Assembly (NCBI GenBank): GCA_013239625.1
Contig: MU053431.1
Location: forward strand, 1,142,485 to 1,206,484
Reading direction: 5' to 3'
DNA from: Lama guanicoe
Taxonomy: Eukaryota
Length of the DNA stretch: 64,000 nucleotides
The position numbers and the translations under genes were made by a program. Of this stretch, positions 40,721 through 54,351 are shown in pieces. The number at the start of each line of letters is the position of its first letter. Positions within the stretch are counted from its first letter, which is position 1. The notes beneath the pieces are model-generated. The model was not told the origin of the DNA. It did not search any database and saw only the letters and a list, made by a program, of their open reading frames with translations.

Positions 40721-41325
40721 TTAAGAAATCCAAAATTTCAGGGGTGCGTTTGAGCAGCCCCTCCGGGCCTTCCAGCCCAAGTTGAGGGCATCTTCCCTCT
40801 CCGCCCTGGAGATGCTCCCAGGTGCAGAGCGGGGGCTGCCACCCCAGGGCCCCTGGACCCCTCCCCTCTGTGCTGCCCCTAAGGACAGACACGCCGCGGT
40901 GTGAACGGCCTACAGAGGGGACTCACGGTGGGTGCCCAAGTTCAAGGCCCCCCACATCTCCTCCCTGGGTTTCCCCCAGGCCTGACCTCAAGGCAGCAGG
41001 AGTTTAAGCCCCTACCCCTAGTTGGCACCGTGGCTTTTCTGCAGCCGCTGTCAGTGGACGTGAACCGCCATTGTCAACAGTGCAGGGACAGGTCTGAGTG
41101 GGCATCAGTGTGGGCTCTCGGGTCAGCTTCCAGCCCCCGTGTGGCTCTTCTCACCCACCTTCCCCATTTCCACAGAGGAGAGAACCCAGGCTCAGAGAAG
41201 TTTTGAAATGTGTCCGAAGCCCACCCCACCCTCCCCAGGCTGCCCCTTGAGGGCCCTGGAGCTGTGCCAACCTCACCCCAGTGCTGTGGGTCCGAGGCGA
41301 CATGCTGTCACGTCCCCGAGGCTGA

Positions 41326-42060
<735 letters not shown>

Positions 42061-44299
42061 CCATGAGAGGGCCTGGCTCCCCAGCCCTAAGAGGTGAGCC
42101 ATGTGGCTGAGACCCTTGGTCCCTCAAAGCCGACCCAAGAGCCATCTTCCCATGGACTCCTGTCCAGCATGAATGATAATAACCACTTCATTGTGTCTAG
42201 TCTCTGGATCCCATATCTACCAAGAAGTGGGCACGGCCCTCTCCCCTTTAGCTAAGGTAAGACTCAAGGCTGAGGAGGTACAGCAAGCAGCCTGGACCCC
42301 TCGGTGTGTGTGTGGGTGAGAATCCCCGGTAGACGCAGGAACCTCGGCTCAGGGACCAGCAGCGTCACTTGGGGACACTTTACAAACACACAGCTTGCGA
42401 CCCACACCTGCTGACTCAGACGCGCTGCAGGTGGGGCCCTGGGTCTGGGCAGACAAGCCCCCCATGTGATTTCTGCACTTGCCGGAGTTTGAGAAGCATA
42501 GCCCCACAGTCTCCTGATTGGGGCCCGGGGGTATCCTCGGGACAAATGCGCAGCTTGGGTTAGGTGAGAGGAGCTGGGGCTGCCAGAAGTTTGCCACTAA
42601 AATGTAGGACTCCGGTTACCTCTGAAGGCAGATAAACAGGGAATTACCTTTATGCGCAAGTATGCCCCGTGCACCATTGGGAACACACTCACAGTAAAAG
42701 GTGTTCCTTGTCAGGGTGAACGTATGCCCTGTAACCGGGTGCCCTGCCTTGTCGTGGCTGCCCCACCCCGGCTCCAGGGCCAGTGCCCATCCTGGGAGGA
42801 CCTGGGGAAGGTCTGGGCAACCTGAGGCCCAGCACACAGGGCTTCCGGGAGCGCGGCACCCGAGGAGGGGTCAGCGTGTGTCCGGCTGGATGGGGGAGCA
42901 GCAAAAGCAAACATTTATCATCACTTCCTCACCAGCGAGGCTGTCATAGCTCCGTCTCAGGGGGCTGCTACTTCAACGAGATGAATTGCCTTTACGATTG
43001 ATTGTCTCTCAGAATTGTGAGGCCAGCCCGGTGTCAGCGGAGGGAACGGCATGTGACATTGTTCCTGCTGGACCTTGGGCGACTGGGCCCTGCAGTCCCC
43101 TGAGGGGCAGGGGCAGGCGGTGGGCGGCCACATTAGCTGCAAGCCAAGGAAAACGAATGAGGCTGCCAACAGCCAGCTCTCCCAGGAGTGGGTGGGGGCG
43201 GGCGTCGGGGCGGGGACGGGGGCTTTCCTGTTAACAGAAGCCTTGGGTCCTCTATCCTCAAGACCATCCTGGGTCTCACAAATCAGACCTCCCCTGTCTT
43301 ATTTTAAAACAAATCGATAGAGATAGTCTTCCCAAAGGTGTAGCTGCCTTTACCCGTTAGGATAACAGGCAGCAAATTGCTGTGGCTCGTCCTCCAAATC
43401 CTGATAAGCCTACAGGTCTGTTCGCACTAAAAGTTGGCGGACTTCGGAGCCCCCGGGGACCCCCGGGCTCCATCTCTGGTCCCAGAACCGCCCTCAGAGG
43501 GGAACTTGACGCCACCTCTTTGTGCAAAGCCCAGGACGGAGCTGCACGAAGCCGCCGTCGGACCGCTCTGGTCCAGGGCGAGGAGAGGACGTCCAGACGA
43601 AGCAGACAGGGGACTCCCGGGACTTGGAAACAGTCTCCACCATTTCTTCCCCCTTACATCCGTAAATTACAACAGTGGAAGGGTTTTCCACAGTGCCTTT
43701 GCGGGGTAAGGAAAAACTCCCGCCAGAAATGAGTCATTATTCTCCAGCGTGATCGGCTAATGAAGGGTTTCAGATGTACGTTCTAGTGGAAAACAAATGG
43801 AAAGATGTGTTAAATATTGACTCAGCTGGGTAGGAACCTTCTAAAGTTTGGGTAGTTCACACAGGGACATCCGCAAGCCACCTGGGGCGGGATCTCTGTC
43901 CCACCCCACATCTCCCTGCACTCTTCTCCCAGCACCAGGACCCCCTCAGTTTTCTGAAATCCTCTCTGGCTTTGCTGCAGTGCATGGGCTCACACACAAA
44001 CGTGGCTGACACAGCTGAGGAGCCGAGCTTCTCATTGTACTTAGAATTTAAATAGCTACGTGGGAGCAGTGGCTGGTGGGTTGGGTGATTTCGGTGGTCC
44101 CCACCCAGACAGGGCCCCCTGAAGCTGGGAGTCACAGCTGCAGGCCCTCCCCAGAGCCCCTGTGCCCTCCTGGTCATTGCCCCAGATCCTGGATGGGAAC
44201 TGGCCAGGGGCCAACGAGCCCCTTGGAGACTCCATCGGACTCTCCAAAAAAGAGCAGAAGGTCAAGCATGTCTTTTTTTTTTTAAAGTCATTTTTGGCA

Positions 44300-45040
44300 T
44301 TCGAACCTCCCACCGTGGGAGCTTTGCTTGGGTGGGGGCCCCGCGGTTCCCTTTGCAAACACCGCCCCTGCCTTTCCAAACTCCATCCTTTCTGCAGCGC
44401 CATGTTTGTAGCCACCCTGCTCTGTGTCCCCCCAGTCTGCTGTACACCCCCTCGAGGGGATCATCTCTGTTTTGAGAATTCTTTATCTATTTGAGATACA
44501 AGCTCTTCGTCGGACGTGTGATTTGTAAATACTTTCTCCCGCTCTGGGACTTGTGTTTTCATCACAGGGTCTTTGGAAGCGAGACTCTTTCATTTTGATG
44601 AAAGCCAGTTTGTCACTTCCCTTTGCTGGGCTGGCCTTGGGTGTCAGGAGCTCGCCCCCAAGCCCTGGGTCCTGAAGATGTTCTTCTATGCTTTGTTCTA
44701 AAGGCTTTATAGTTTCACAGTGTATGTTTCGTCCATGGTCCGTTCCGAGTTAATCTTTGTGTAATTTCAGTGTAAGTGCGAGACTTAAGTGTGGGCTCAT
44801 TTCTTTGTTTGCGGACTTCCAAGTGCTCCTGCCCCGCTCGCTGGAAAGGCTGTCTTTCTTCCACTGAACTGCTTTTGTACCTTTGGCAGAAATCAGTGGG
44901 GCCTGTTTGTGGGTTTATTCCCGGGTTCTCCTGGGTTCTCTGTTCTGATCCATTGCTTGTGTGTCTGTCCCTGTCAGCCCCACCCTGCCTGGGTGACTGC
45001 AGCTCCACAGGAGGCCTTGACGTGGCGTGGAAAAGATAGC
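44300..45040 (-). mobile_element. Diverged L1M fragment (ORF2 3' region remnant)
   Basis: Phrases such as tttgagaattctttatctattt...tttgtaaatactttctccc...ttctaaaggctttatagttt...cttttgtacctttggcagaaatcagt...tgtgggtttatt. No intact ORF. Boundaries are approximate. Confidence 0.65.
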
Positions 45041-46497
45041 TGTTGGGCACAGGAAGTTTTCAGACCCTGGCTGTCACCTGCGTCCTCCAGGGTGGGGCCA
45101 CGCACATCCCATGGCCCTCAGCCACCTTGTCAGGATCCGTGTGGCCAGCCACCATGTAGCATGGTGTGGCCTCAGCCAGCTACTTACGGTCTCATACGTC
45201 ACCTGCAAAGTGGAAATAACAGTAATAATAGTGGAGGGTCAGACGAGGGTGTCCACCTGAGGCCCCAACCCCTGTGCTGTCGTTCATGCTGGTATTATTA
45301 GTGGGCGCTAACTTGCTAATACTGTTAGACGTTCCTGTTCAAGGTGCTTGCTCCCCCAGCTCCAGCAATTACCTTTGTCAGATTGAACCGTAAGACCCGC
45401 CTAAAACCAGCTGTCCATCATGTCAGTCCCAGCGTCCCCGGGTCATCCTGCTAGTCTGCCGGGCAGCCTCCTCCTCCTCCCTGATGGCCGAGCGAGGCCC
45501 CGGACACGGGTTCTGAATGTTCGCAAAGTCCCCACTGGCCATGTCTGAACAACGGCAGTTTTCCGGCCAAAGGTGGGGCGGCCAGTGGGAGCCCAGCTGA
45601 GGTCCAGTTCCCAGAGCTGATGGGGAGGATCGGGTGCAGGTGCTTCTCTGGGGCCTCCCTGCTCCCAGGAGGCATCGGGGCAGAGGGAGGGAGGGAGGAT
45701 GCGCAGGAGAGGGAGGGGCAGGGCCGACCTCGACAAGGGCTCCGGCCGGACCATGGGCCGCCCCAGGGGCCAGGGAGCTCCCAGCAGCGGAGGGCAGTCC
45801 TGGAGGAGAAGGTGGGCCCTCTGGGAGCAGACTCAGATCCAAGCGGCAGGGGGAGCCACTGCACACCGAGTTGTCTTCTCCCCGTCCGGTCAGAGCCCCT
45901 CACCCCTCACCCACCCACTCCGCCAGTCCTGCTCCCTGAGCCGCGTTCTGGGCCCCGCACCAGGGTGGACTCAGGCCCAGGAGGCCCGCACGAAGGAGCA
46001 GAGGCGCCTCGCCACAGGGCCGGCTGTTCCCTTCATCAGAAGCCCCTCTGGGCGGCCTCTGGTGTGCAAGCCTGTCTTTAAAAGGCCGAGTTCTGCTCCT
46101 CTGAACTGGCCTCTTTGAGAAGGAGGAGCAACAGATTAAAAACAGCGGCTGGACTGCCAGGCTGCAGCTCGAGAACCCACAGCCTTGCCCCCCGGCCCTG
46201 CCAGAGCTCCAGACCCTGGCCGGCCGGGAGGAGGCCCCACTCCCCTGCCCGAGGCCTCGGGCCCCCCGGCAACAGGCACACCTGTGGCTGACGATTTGAT
46301 TACGCGGCCGAGGCAGGAACACAGCGGCCACCCCTACCTGGGGCCGTCAGGGGCTGGGAGCTCTTCTAAGACCCCCCCCACGGATTAACCTGCCGCGCAC
46401 CGAGCACGCCTGTGGCGCAGGCACTCCGGTCTTCCCGCTTCCACGAGGGACCCAAGGCTAGAACAGGTACGGAGGGGCACAGCCGGTGCCCAGCAGG

Positions 46498-46969
46498 TGT
46501 TACCAGCCAGACTCAGGCCGCTCACTGCGCACAGCGAAGGCAATCTACTGACACCAGGTTGTGACAAAGGAAAGTGCAGCCTTTATTGTGAAGGCGCCAG
46601 ACGAGGATGAGCGGCTTGTGCTCAAAACCCCGAACTCCCCAAAGGGTTTCAGCAAAGCATTCTTGAAGCCCAAGTGAGGGACGGGTCGGGGGTGGTCCCA
46701 GGGTGTTTGATCAGCTGCGCACGAGTCTCTGACTGGTTGATGCCGCAGTAACAAGGCAGTTAACGTCATCCGTCCTCAGGTGCTGAGGGTCTGGGGCTCA
46801 TGGTCACCGAGTCGTTAATTTCTCCCACTTGGTGGTGGTGTAGTGTCTGGAAAGCAGCTCAGGAAATGTGCATCAGAGACTGTTGTCTGGGTGCTTCAGG
46901 GAGGAGCCACGCAGAGGATACGGGGGAGGGTTTGCCCCAGGAGGCCCCCGAGGGTCCTGTTCAGTCACA
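46498..46969 (-). mobile_element. Probable solo ERV LTR (~470 bp)
   Basis: Bounded by TGTTACC...GTCACA (TG...CA termini), with AATAAA on the minus strand (tttatt 46582-46587) near the minus-strand 3' end. It resembles recalled artiodactyl ERV LTRs. No clean TSD was seen. Confidence 0.65.
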
Positions 46970-49900
46970 AGGTTTAAGCCCGGGGGACCCGGCTCGTGAG
47001 CTGCCCTTCTAGCCATGGTGCTGAACTGCCTCCCCTTTCCAGCCCATGTCAGGGATGCATTTGGCTGCAAGCCACAGAAAACCCAATGGGGACAAGTAGT
47101 GGTTTGGGTGGGAGCATGAAGCCGGCCGGGCCGGCGTCTCTGTGCTGTTTGCCTCCCTCTCGGATTTCTGACCACAAGGTCACAAGATGGTGGCTGCAGC
47201 TCCAAGCATCACATCCACTATCGGGCAGGAGGAAGGAGGAGGGGGGAAGGGCAGTGTGCAGCATGGGTGCTCTCCCCTGGAAAGGCACATGCTGTGTGTG
47301 AGTGCCTTCCGCGGGTGGGCGCCCGTCTTCCCGTTGAGGAACCAAACAGTAGGTGTGCCAGGTCTGTGCTAACGGCGGGTAGGGGCTGCACAGCTGGCAA
47401 AGGCAGAGAAGCCCGTGTCCCAGGCCCTCGGGAGTGCAAGGAGTCTTTCCTGCCTCAGGGCCTTTGCATGTGCTGTGCCTGCAGCATGGACGTCCTCCCC
47501 GAGACACTAGCACCTGGCTCCTCTCCTCCCCCAGCCCACATAGCCGTCTCCAAGGGTGTCTCCATCACCCGATCTCACCAGTAGCCCCTCCCTGCCCTCA
47601 GAGTCCTTTGTCAATACTTCCTTCCTCGTCCAGTTACTTTGTCATCACTGCCACTTTGCTGCCCCTTCTGTTTCCATCACCACCATGTCCCTGAGCAAGG
47701 GTGGGATTCAGTGACGGCCCAGCCTCATCCTGAGCCTGTGAGGAACCCTACTGTGGACCCACACTGTAGAACCCATCGGAGCCCTGCTTTCTGAAGCTCT
47801 GAGGATGCCCAGTGATTAGTTCTGGGAAGGCCTCCTGGAGGGTCTGCACCTGTGCAGTAGGAGGCAGAAGCCGGCCACGCCTGCAGCGAGGCACCAGCAT
47901 CCGGCAGCATCTGAGGCCGCGTGACTCAACCCGGGGCAGGACAAGAGGCCAGTCCGCATTCGTCCCACCCACTCCCTGAATCACGCACTTCCCGCCACTC
48001 TGCCCAGCCCCCAATTTTCAGAAAACAAGAAGCTTCTCAAGGGATTCAGGACTGACCCCAGGGCTCTGTCCTCACAACTGGACCACCCGCCGTGGGTCCG
48101 CATCCTTCCTGACGGCCTCTCCAACCTTCTCCACCAGAGCTGCTGTCTCGCCTCCTGCCCAGAGGCGGCCAGGCCAGTCCCATGGGATTCCTCAAACCTC
48201 CATATCGATTATTTTTTAACTAAAAAAGGCTCTAGTTGGAATTCCTGCTTTCCCTAACCCCTTGTAACTGCGTGAAGGCCTATATTATAAATTTTGAAAT
48301 TAATGTCGCTTTGAAATATTAAATAGCAGAGAAATCTACATCCTGCAAATGAAGTCAAGGAAACCTTCATCCATGTAACGCAGGGGTTTTGCTCAAGCAG
48401 ATCATTCCGTTAGTGGGCGCCGTGTATTTATTTATTTTATTCCTGTGCTGGCGGAGGTCCCCCTGAGACTAATGCCACGGGCTAATGCACAGATTGCGCC
48501 AGATATTTGAAAGTCATCTGAATATTAAGAATTTAAATCTTTAGCCTCAGTGATTTGAGCAGAAAGCCAATTACGGGGCTGAATTAGTTTTCAAATTAAA
48601 CTGCAATTTAAGGCTTGTGAAATTAATCCTTTAAGGCGCACGGCAGTGTCTGTGCACGAACTCCTCGGAGGCACCTAAGCCTCTGCCTTCTCCCCGCTCC
48701 TGCCGGCGCGATGAACGAAGGTGCCCGGTGTCTGGGGCAGCGGACGGGGCGCCCACTTAGGTGAAAACACAGTCCGACGTTCAGTTTCGTCTGTTCAGAA
48801 ACATTCAGGTCTTTCCACCTGGGGAGCAGCCCAGGGAGGGTGGTTTCCTCCTTGTTCTTGGAGCCCAGGAGGCGGGGGCGAGACTTAACTCCCACGTCAC
48901 CACGGACGCTGCCGGAGACGCAGAGCGCACAGCCGGGTACTGTGGCCGATTGCTCCCTCCCCACGGTGGTCCCGGCCATCTCCACAGAGGCACCACAGCA
49001 TAGGGGCTGCCTGTGGACCAGACCTGCCCAGCTGGAGAAGGCAAAGGGTCCACGGGGACATCGGTGCCAGGATCATGCCTTCCCACGGGGGTTGGCCCTG
49101 CTCACGACAGGTGACACAGTGTGGCTGCTGAACGCTTGCTGGACGGTTCAGAAAGGGGTGCCCTCAAGTGTCAGAAGGAGACTGAGGAGGGACACAGTGC
49201 AAGGGGGTGGAGACAGGGTGCATGAGGTTGGCGCCGGGCCCCCAGGCCAGCAGGTGTCCCCGAGCGCCCACCGGGTGAGCCAGGACACACGCCTAGGCAG
49301 AAGCGGACACCGCCTCTTCCAGGCAGTTCTCCAGGTCTCAGAGAGGAGGGGTTCCTTCCGCCTCTGCCCTGTCCTCCCACACCCGTTCTAGGAAGGAAGT
49401 GACAGTCCCTGAGCCCTCGCTCAGTTCCAGGGCCCTGAGCACTCCCACTCCATCTGGGGTCTTTGCGTGGCTACCCTGCTCATTGGCCTTTGGGCTCAGA
49501 GCGCTCAGGCACCCACTGGTCACCTGATCACAGACTGGTGGCCGCAGACCAGCCAGGTTTTCAGAATCAATCTTTTTTGAGAAAAGCCAACTTATGATTA
49601 AGGCTGAAAAAAGTCCCATCAGCTGCCTCATCTCTTTTTTTCTCCTCTTTAAGTAACATTTTACTTTCTGATAATCAAGCGATACTCTGCGGAGGAAACT
49701 CAGAAGATACAGAGAAAATCGCAAAGGAAAAAGCCAGAGCGTCCCGTCTTGCCTGCCGCCCGGAGGTCGCCACCGAGCACATCTGCGGATGACCCCTCGC
49801 CTCCCTCTCAGCACGAGCACGTGATCATTTTGAGGGCTGGGGTCGCACCAAACATAGCTTAGAAGCCTGGCTGATTTCTGTTTTGCGGACATTACGAACA

Positions 49901-50184
49901 CTTCAAGTGCCACGGAATATTCTTTCACATCATCTTCGTGGCTTTGAAGAACTCCGTGGTGGGAACTTGCCACGGTTTACTCATCCACCTCCCAGCTGTC
50001 ACGTCCGGTGTCACCTACTTCCTGGTTACGTGCCTCGTCTGACCGCTCTGCTAGCAGAGGAGGGACAAGTGACCCCTTTATCTGAGACTGTGGGCCACCG
50101 ACACACGCTTGTGGCACGTCAGAGTCCCTCACACAGCCTCCCCCGACGGCGATGTGGAAAGAGGGGAACAACCAGGCCATGCGT

Positions 50185-50565
50185 CAGGCCCACGGGCCCG
50201 GCCAGCGTGCCCCCCGGGGCGGGGGGCTCGGGTGCGCCCGCCGGGAGCCGCGGGCCGGGGGCGGGCGGCGGGCGGCGGAACGGGCGCCCCGCGGGGGTGC
50301 GCGGGGGCCCTGCCGGCCCGCCTGGCTGGTGTTCCTGAGCCTGCCTCCGGCAGCGCTGCCTCGGAATCTGCCCGGCCCGCGCGTCGCCGCCTGGTCCCCT
50401 CTGCGCTCGGTCGGGCCTGGCGTCCTGCGCGCCCGGCTACCCGGGGCGCGTCTTGAGCGCGAAGAGCTGTGGAGGTGACACGAGGCCGCGACTGTCTCTC
50501 TGGAAGAGGACAGACTTCAGCCCCTGGCGGGGCCCGGCCGCCTTGATGAGGGCCGCGCTCGGGCT
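50185..50565. promoter_or_regulatory. Intronic CpG-island-like patch with clustered GC boxes
   Basis: Very high G+C and CpG density by eye, with tandem GGGCGG motifs in gggggcgggcggcgggcggcgg (~50257-50278). Confidence 0.6.
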
Positions 50566-51764
50566 GTGAGTTGGTCTCCACTCACCCTCCCTCCCAGCCG
50601 CACCTCTGCGTCCCACCCAAAGACGAGCCGGTCTTCCAGGCCCTGCCTCCGCGGCCAGCCCGGAGCTCGGTGGCCTCGCCCCTTCCCCACAAGCGTCCCA
50701 CGGAGCGCTTCAGCCGTCAGGAGCCGAGTCTGGACCCAGCGGACGCCTCGCGAGGAGAGGCGGCCCGGGCCCTCCCTGTGGCCGCCCCCGGCGGCCCTCC
50801 GGGGGCTGTGAAGAGCTGTTTTGGCTCCGCAGGGCGTCCTGCCTGCCTAGCCTTCCTCAGGAGGAAGGCTGGTTTAGAGTAACACAGTCCACCGTTTGCT
50901 GAACGCAGAGCTTCCTGGATTTCTTTTAAATACTCAGTGCCTCTGGGGAAATTCTCCTGATAATTAACTTCATTAAAATCAGGTTTGCGCACAATGCTCC
51001 GAGACCATCCATTGCATGAAGTAACCTGGGCGTCTTTGACGAATTTTTTTCTAGGGCTCTCAGAGCTGAAATTCGGTAGTTTTTTTCCTAGAAGACACTT
51101 AATAAAGACGTGTTGAATGAATGGGTCAGCATCCTCGTGGGCGCAGTGTTGTCTTGGTCTGATTGCAGCCAAGTCTCCACGAAGTCCAGTGGTTGGACTG
51201 GGATCCTTGCTGCCCCCCCACCCCCAGGACTCCGGAACCCCTGCAGTGTGTGCTCTGCGCATGTCTGTGGAATGTGGACTTGACCCCGCTCCTGGTGAAA
51301 ATGCGATACTGGCCTCCCTGGAATCTTAGAGGAAGTCCAGCACCCTCACCTTGGGCCCAGCCTGTCTCCTGCCCTCTCCATTCCTGCGCCTTTTCTCTGT
51401 TCCTCAGGCAGTCAGAGCTCTTCTCTGCCCCAGGGCCTTTGCCCCTATGCCCAGAGCCCTCCTCCTCCCGTCCCCACCCCACCCCCTCACTTCTCAGAGA
51501 GGCCTTTCCTGCTTCCTTCGTAGTGCAGCCGCCGCCTGCTCATTCTGCGTGTTCACCATTGCATGCCTGCAGTCTTCCTCCCTTTAAAGCGCTTTCCACA
51601 GCCTGCAAAGACCCACGTCTCTGCTGTTGGCTTGTCTCCCCTGACGAGCATGTTCAGGGTGGGAGTGCGTCCATCTGGCGGTTCTCTTTGCTTTGTCCTG
51701 AGCACAGAGCGTGGTGTCTGCACACAGCAAGCGCTAGGTCACCATGGGCTGAGTCTCCCCTGTG

Positions 51765-52200
51765 CCCAGTGGAATATTATTCAGCCATAAAAAAGAAACA
51801 AGCTCAGTGAAAGAAGCCAGACTTAAAGGCCACCTAGTGTGTGGTTCCATTTATAGGCTGTGTTCTGAAGAGGCCAATCCTTACAGACAGCATGTAGGTG
51901 AGTGTAGCCAGGGGCTGGGGAGGAGGGGAGAGACTGTTCATGGATACAGACTTATTTTGGGGATGGTGGAATATTCTGGAATCAGATGCATTCTGTTGGC
52001 AGTTGTTCACCTTTGTGAATATACTAAAACGCACTGTGTACAGTGACACAGTGATCACCCACCGTGGACCGGCGCCCCTGAGGAAACACAACATAAGCCA
52101 GATTTGGGGGACGTGGTGAGCAACATGTTAAAAGGGTGAATTTTCTGATCTATGAGTTATATTTTAAGAAAAACTATATAAATCTGTGGATTGAACAAGT
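51765..52200 (+). mobile_element. Old L1M-type 3'UTR fragment
   Basis: gtggaatattattcagccataaaaaagaa...agtgaaagaagccagac...ggttccatttata...ttgtgaatatactaaaac...ttaaaagggtgaattt. Confidence 0.7.
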
Positions 52201-52894
52201 GAGCAGGGAGGGGTGGGGCCTGGAGCTGCCAGCCCTTCAAGTGTGAAGAGCCTGGTCCTGGGCCCATCCCTCTCGGACGATGAGAACAGGAAACCGGCGC
52301 CCTGTGCGTAGATTTCTGCCTTTCAGTTTCCGTAACATGCGTCTGCCTGAACAAGTTTCATTCAGTGAGAGCCAAAGGTGAAAGCAGCTTCCCAGTCAGA
52401 CACACCGGGGCCCTCACTGCGCACGGCGGGGTCGGACCCGGGAGGCAGGAGAACCTGCCTTGCACACACCTATGCTCGGTGAGAGGCGCTGGTCAGATTT
52501 GAAAAGGATTCCCTTCCTTCACCGTTAAGCGTCTCCACCGGCATCTGCCCAGCTCCCAGCACCGTGCCGGCACAGGGCAGGTGCCCAGGAAATGCTGGAT
52601 GAATAATCCCCCCACCCCTCACCACCTGGGACCCCAGCAGGGCTTCGGTCCTCAGGCCTAGAGGCCCAGCTGCACAGCCAAACCCCCAGCCCAGTTCAGC
52701 CTCCGCTGAAGCCAGCACCTCCCCCGCCAAGAAAGGGCCCGGTCGAGGATGGCACCTGCACTCCCTATGGCCCTGTGTGGCCTGGACAGCACATCGTCCC
52801 CAACCTGGAACAAGGAGCTGAACTAAGAGCGTGCAGGTCGAGGCCAAGGCCCCATGCCCGAGACTCCAGTGACAGGCGCAGGGCTCGGAGCCAG

Positions 52895-53400
52895 GCCAGT
52901 CAGGACTCTGGGCTGCAAGTGACAAAAACTCAAACTAAAACGGCATAAGGCAGGGGGGAGAATGCACTGGCTCAGGGACACAAAGTCTGCGGGGTACCTG
53001 CCCCTCAGTTTTGCTGTGAACCTAAAACTGTCTTTAGGGGGAAAGTCTTAATTTTTTAAGTACATAGGTAACAGCTTCAGGTGAAGCTTGATCCAGGGGC
53101 TGCCCAGGATGACTTTGTCACTTGAGCCCCTCTTGGCTTTGTATACGCTGAGATGGCCTTGTCCTTCAGTTTCCTCCTTTGTGGCCACAAAGGGACCACA
53201 GCCCCCAGGCTCACATGCTGACTCAACCAAGTCCAGTGGCAGGGACAGCATGTTGGTTTCCCAGAAATCCCAGCAAATGCCTCCTCGGTGATCACTGGCT
53301 CCGACTGGGTAAAGTGCCCATCACTGAACCGATCACTGTCCAGGGGAGGGATGAACTGATCCAACGAGGGCCTCCCAACGTAGGGAAGAATGGACAGGAA
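52895..53400. mobile_element. Possible old MLT1-type LTR remnant
   Basis: gtcaggactctgggctgcaagtgacaaaaactcaaactaaaacggc...ctggctca and ...gtgcccatcactgaaccgatcactgtccagggg resemble recalled MLT1J/K sequence. Confidence 0.45.
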
Positions 53401-53976
53401 CTCCAAGTGCTGCTCTCGGGAGGCAGCAGGGTGTGCCGGCCTCCCTTACAGGCCTCGATCCTGGAACGTGGGCGGCAAACAGGTGCTGAGTGGAGGGAGG
53501 GCCTGGGCAGATCCCCCAGACCCTCGGCTCTGAAAGGCAGGAGGTCATGCATCCCACACGCACCCCAAATTTACTCCGTCTGCCTCTGCACCCCCTGTGC
53601 ACAGCATCCCCTCTGACGAAGCTCTTCTAAGTCAGTTTACCATGTGTCTTCCTCATGTGCTGACTACACGCCACACCCAGCCCCGTTTCTGTACCTGCGC
53701 CGCGTCCCAGCCGTGCCGCACCCCGCACCCCACACCCCTGGGGGGTCTGCAGCCCTGGCAGACGCTGACGGCGGCACCTTGGGCCGCGTCGCTCAGGAGA
53801 GAGAGCCAGGATTTGAGTTGGAAGAGCTGGCTCTGTCCCCGTGCGCTGCCTCCTCCCAGGGCCTCAGTCCTCCCCTCACTGATGAACTTAGGGAGACCGG
53901 GGCTCGGGAAGACGTCCTTCGGGGGTTCTGTAGGGAGCGAGTGGAGTGGGAGGGGCAGGTGTGCTCCAGTGCCTGA

Positions 53977-54351
<375 letters not shown>

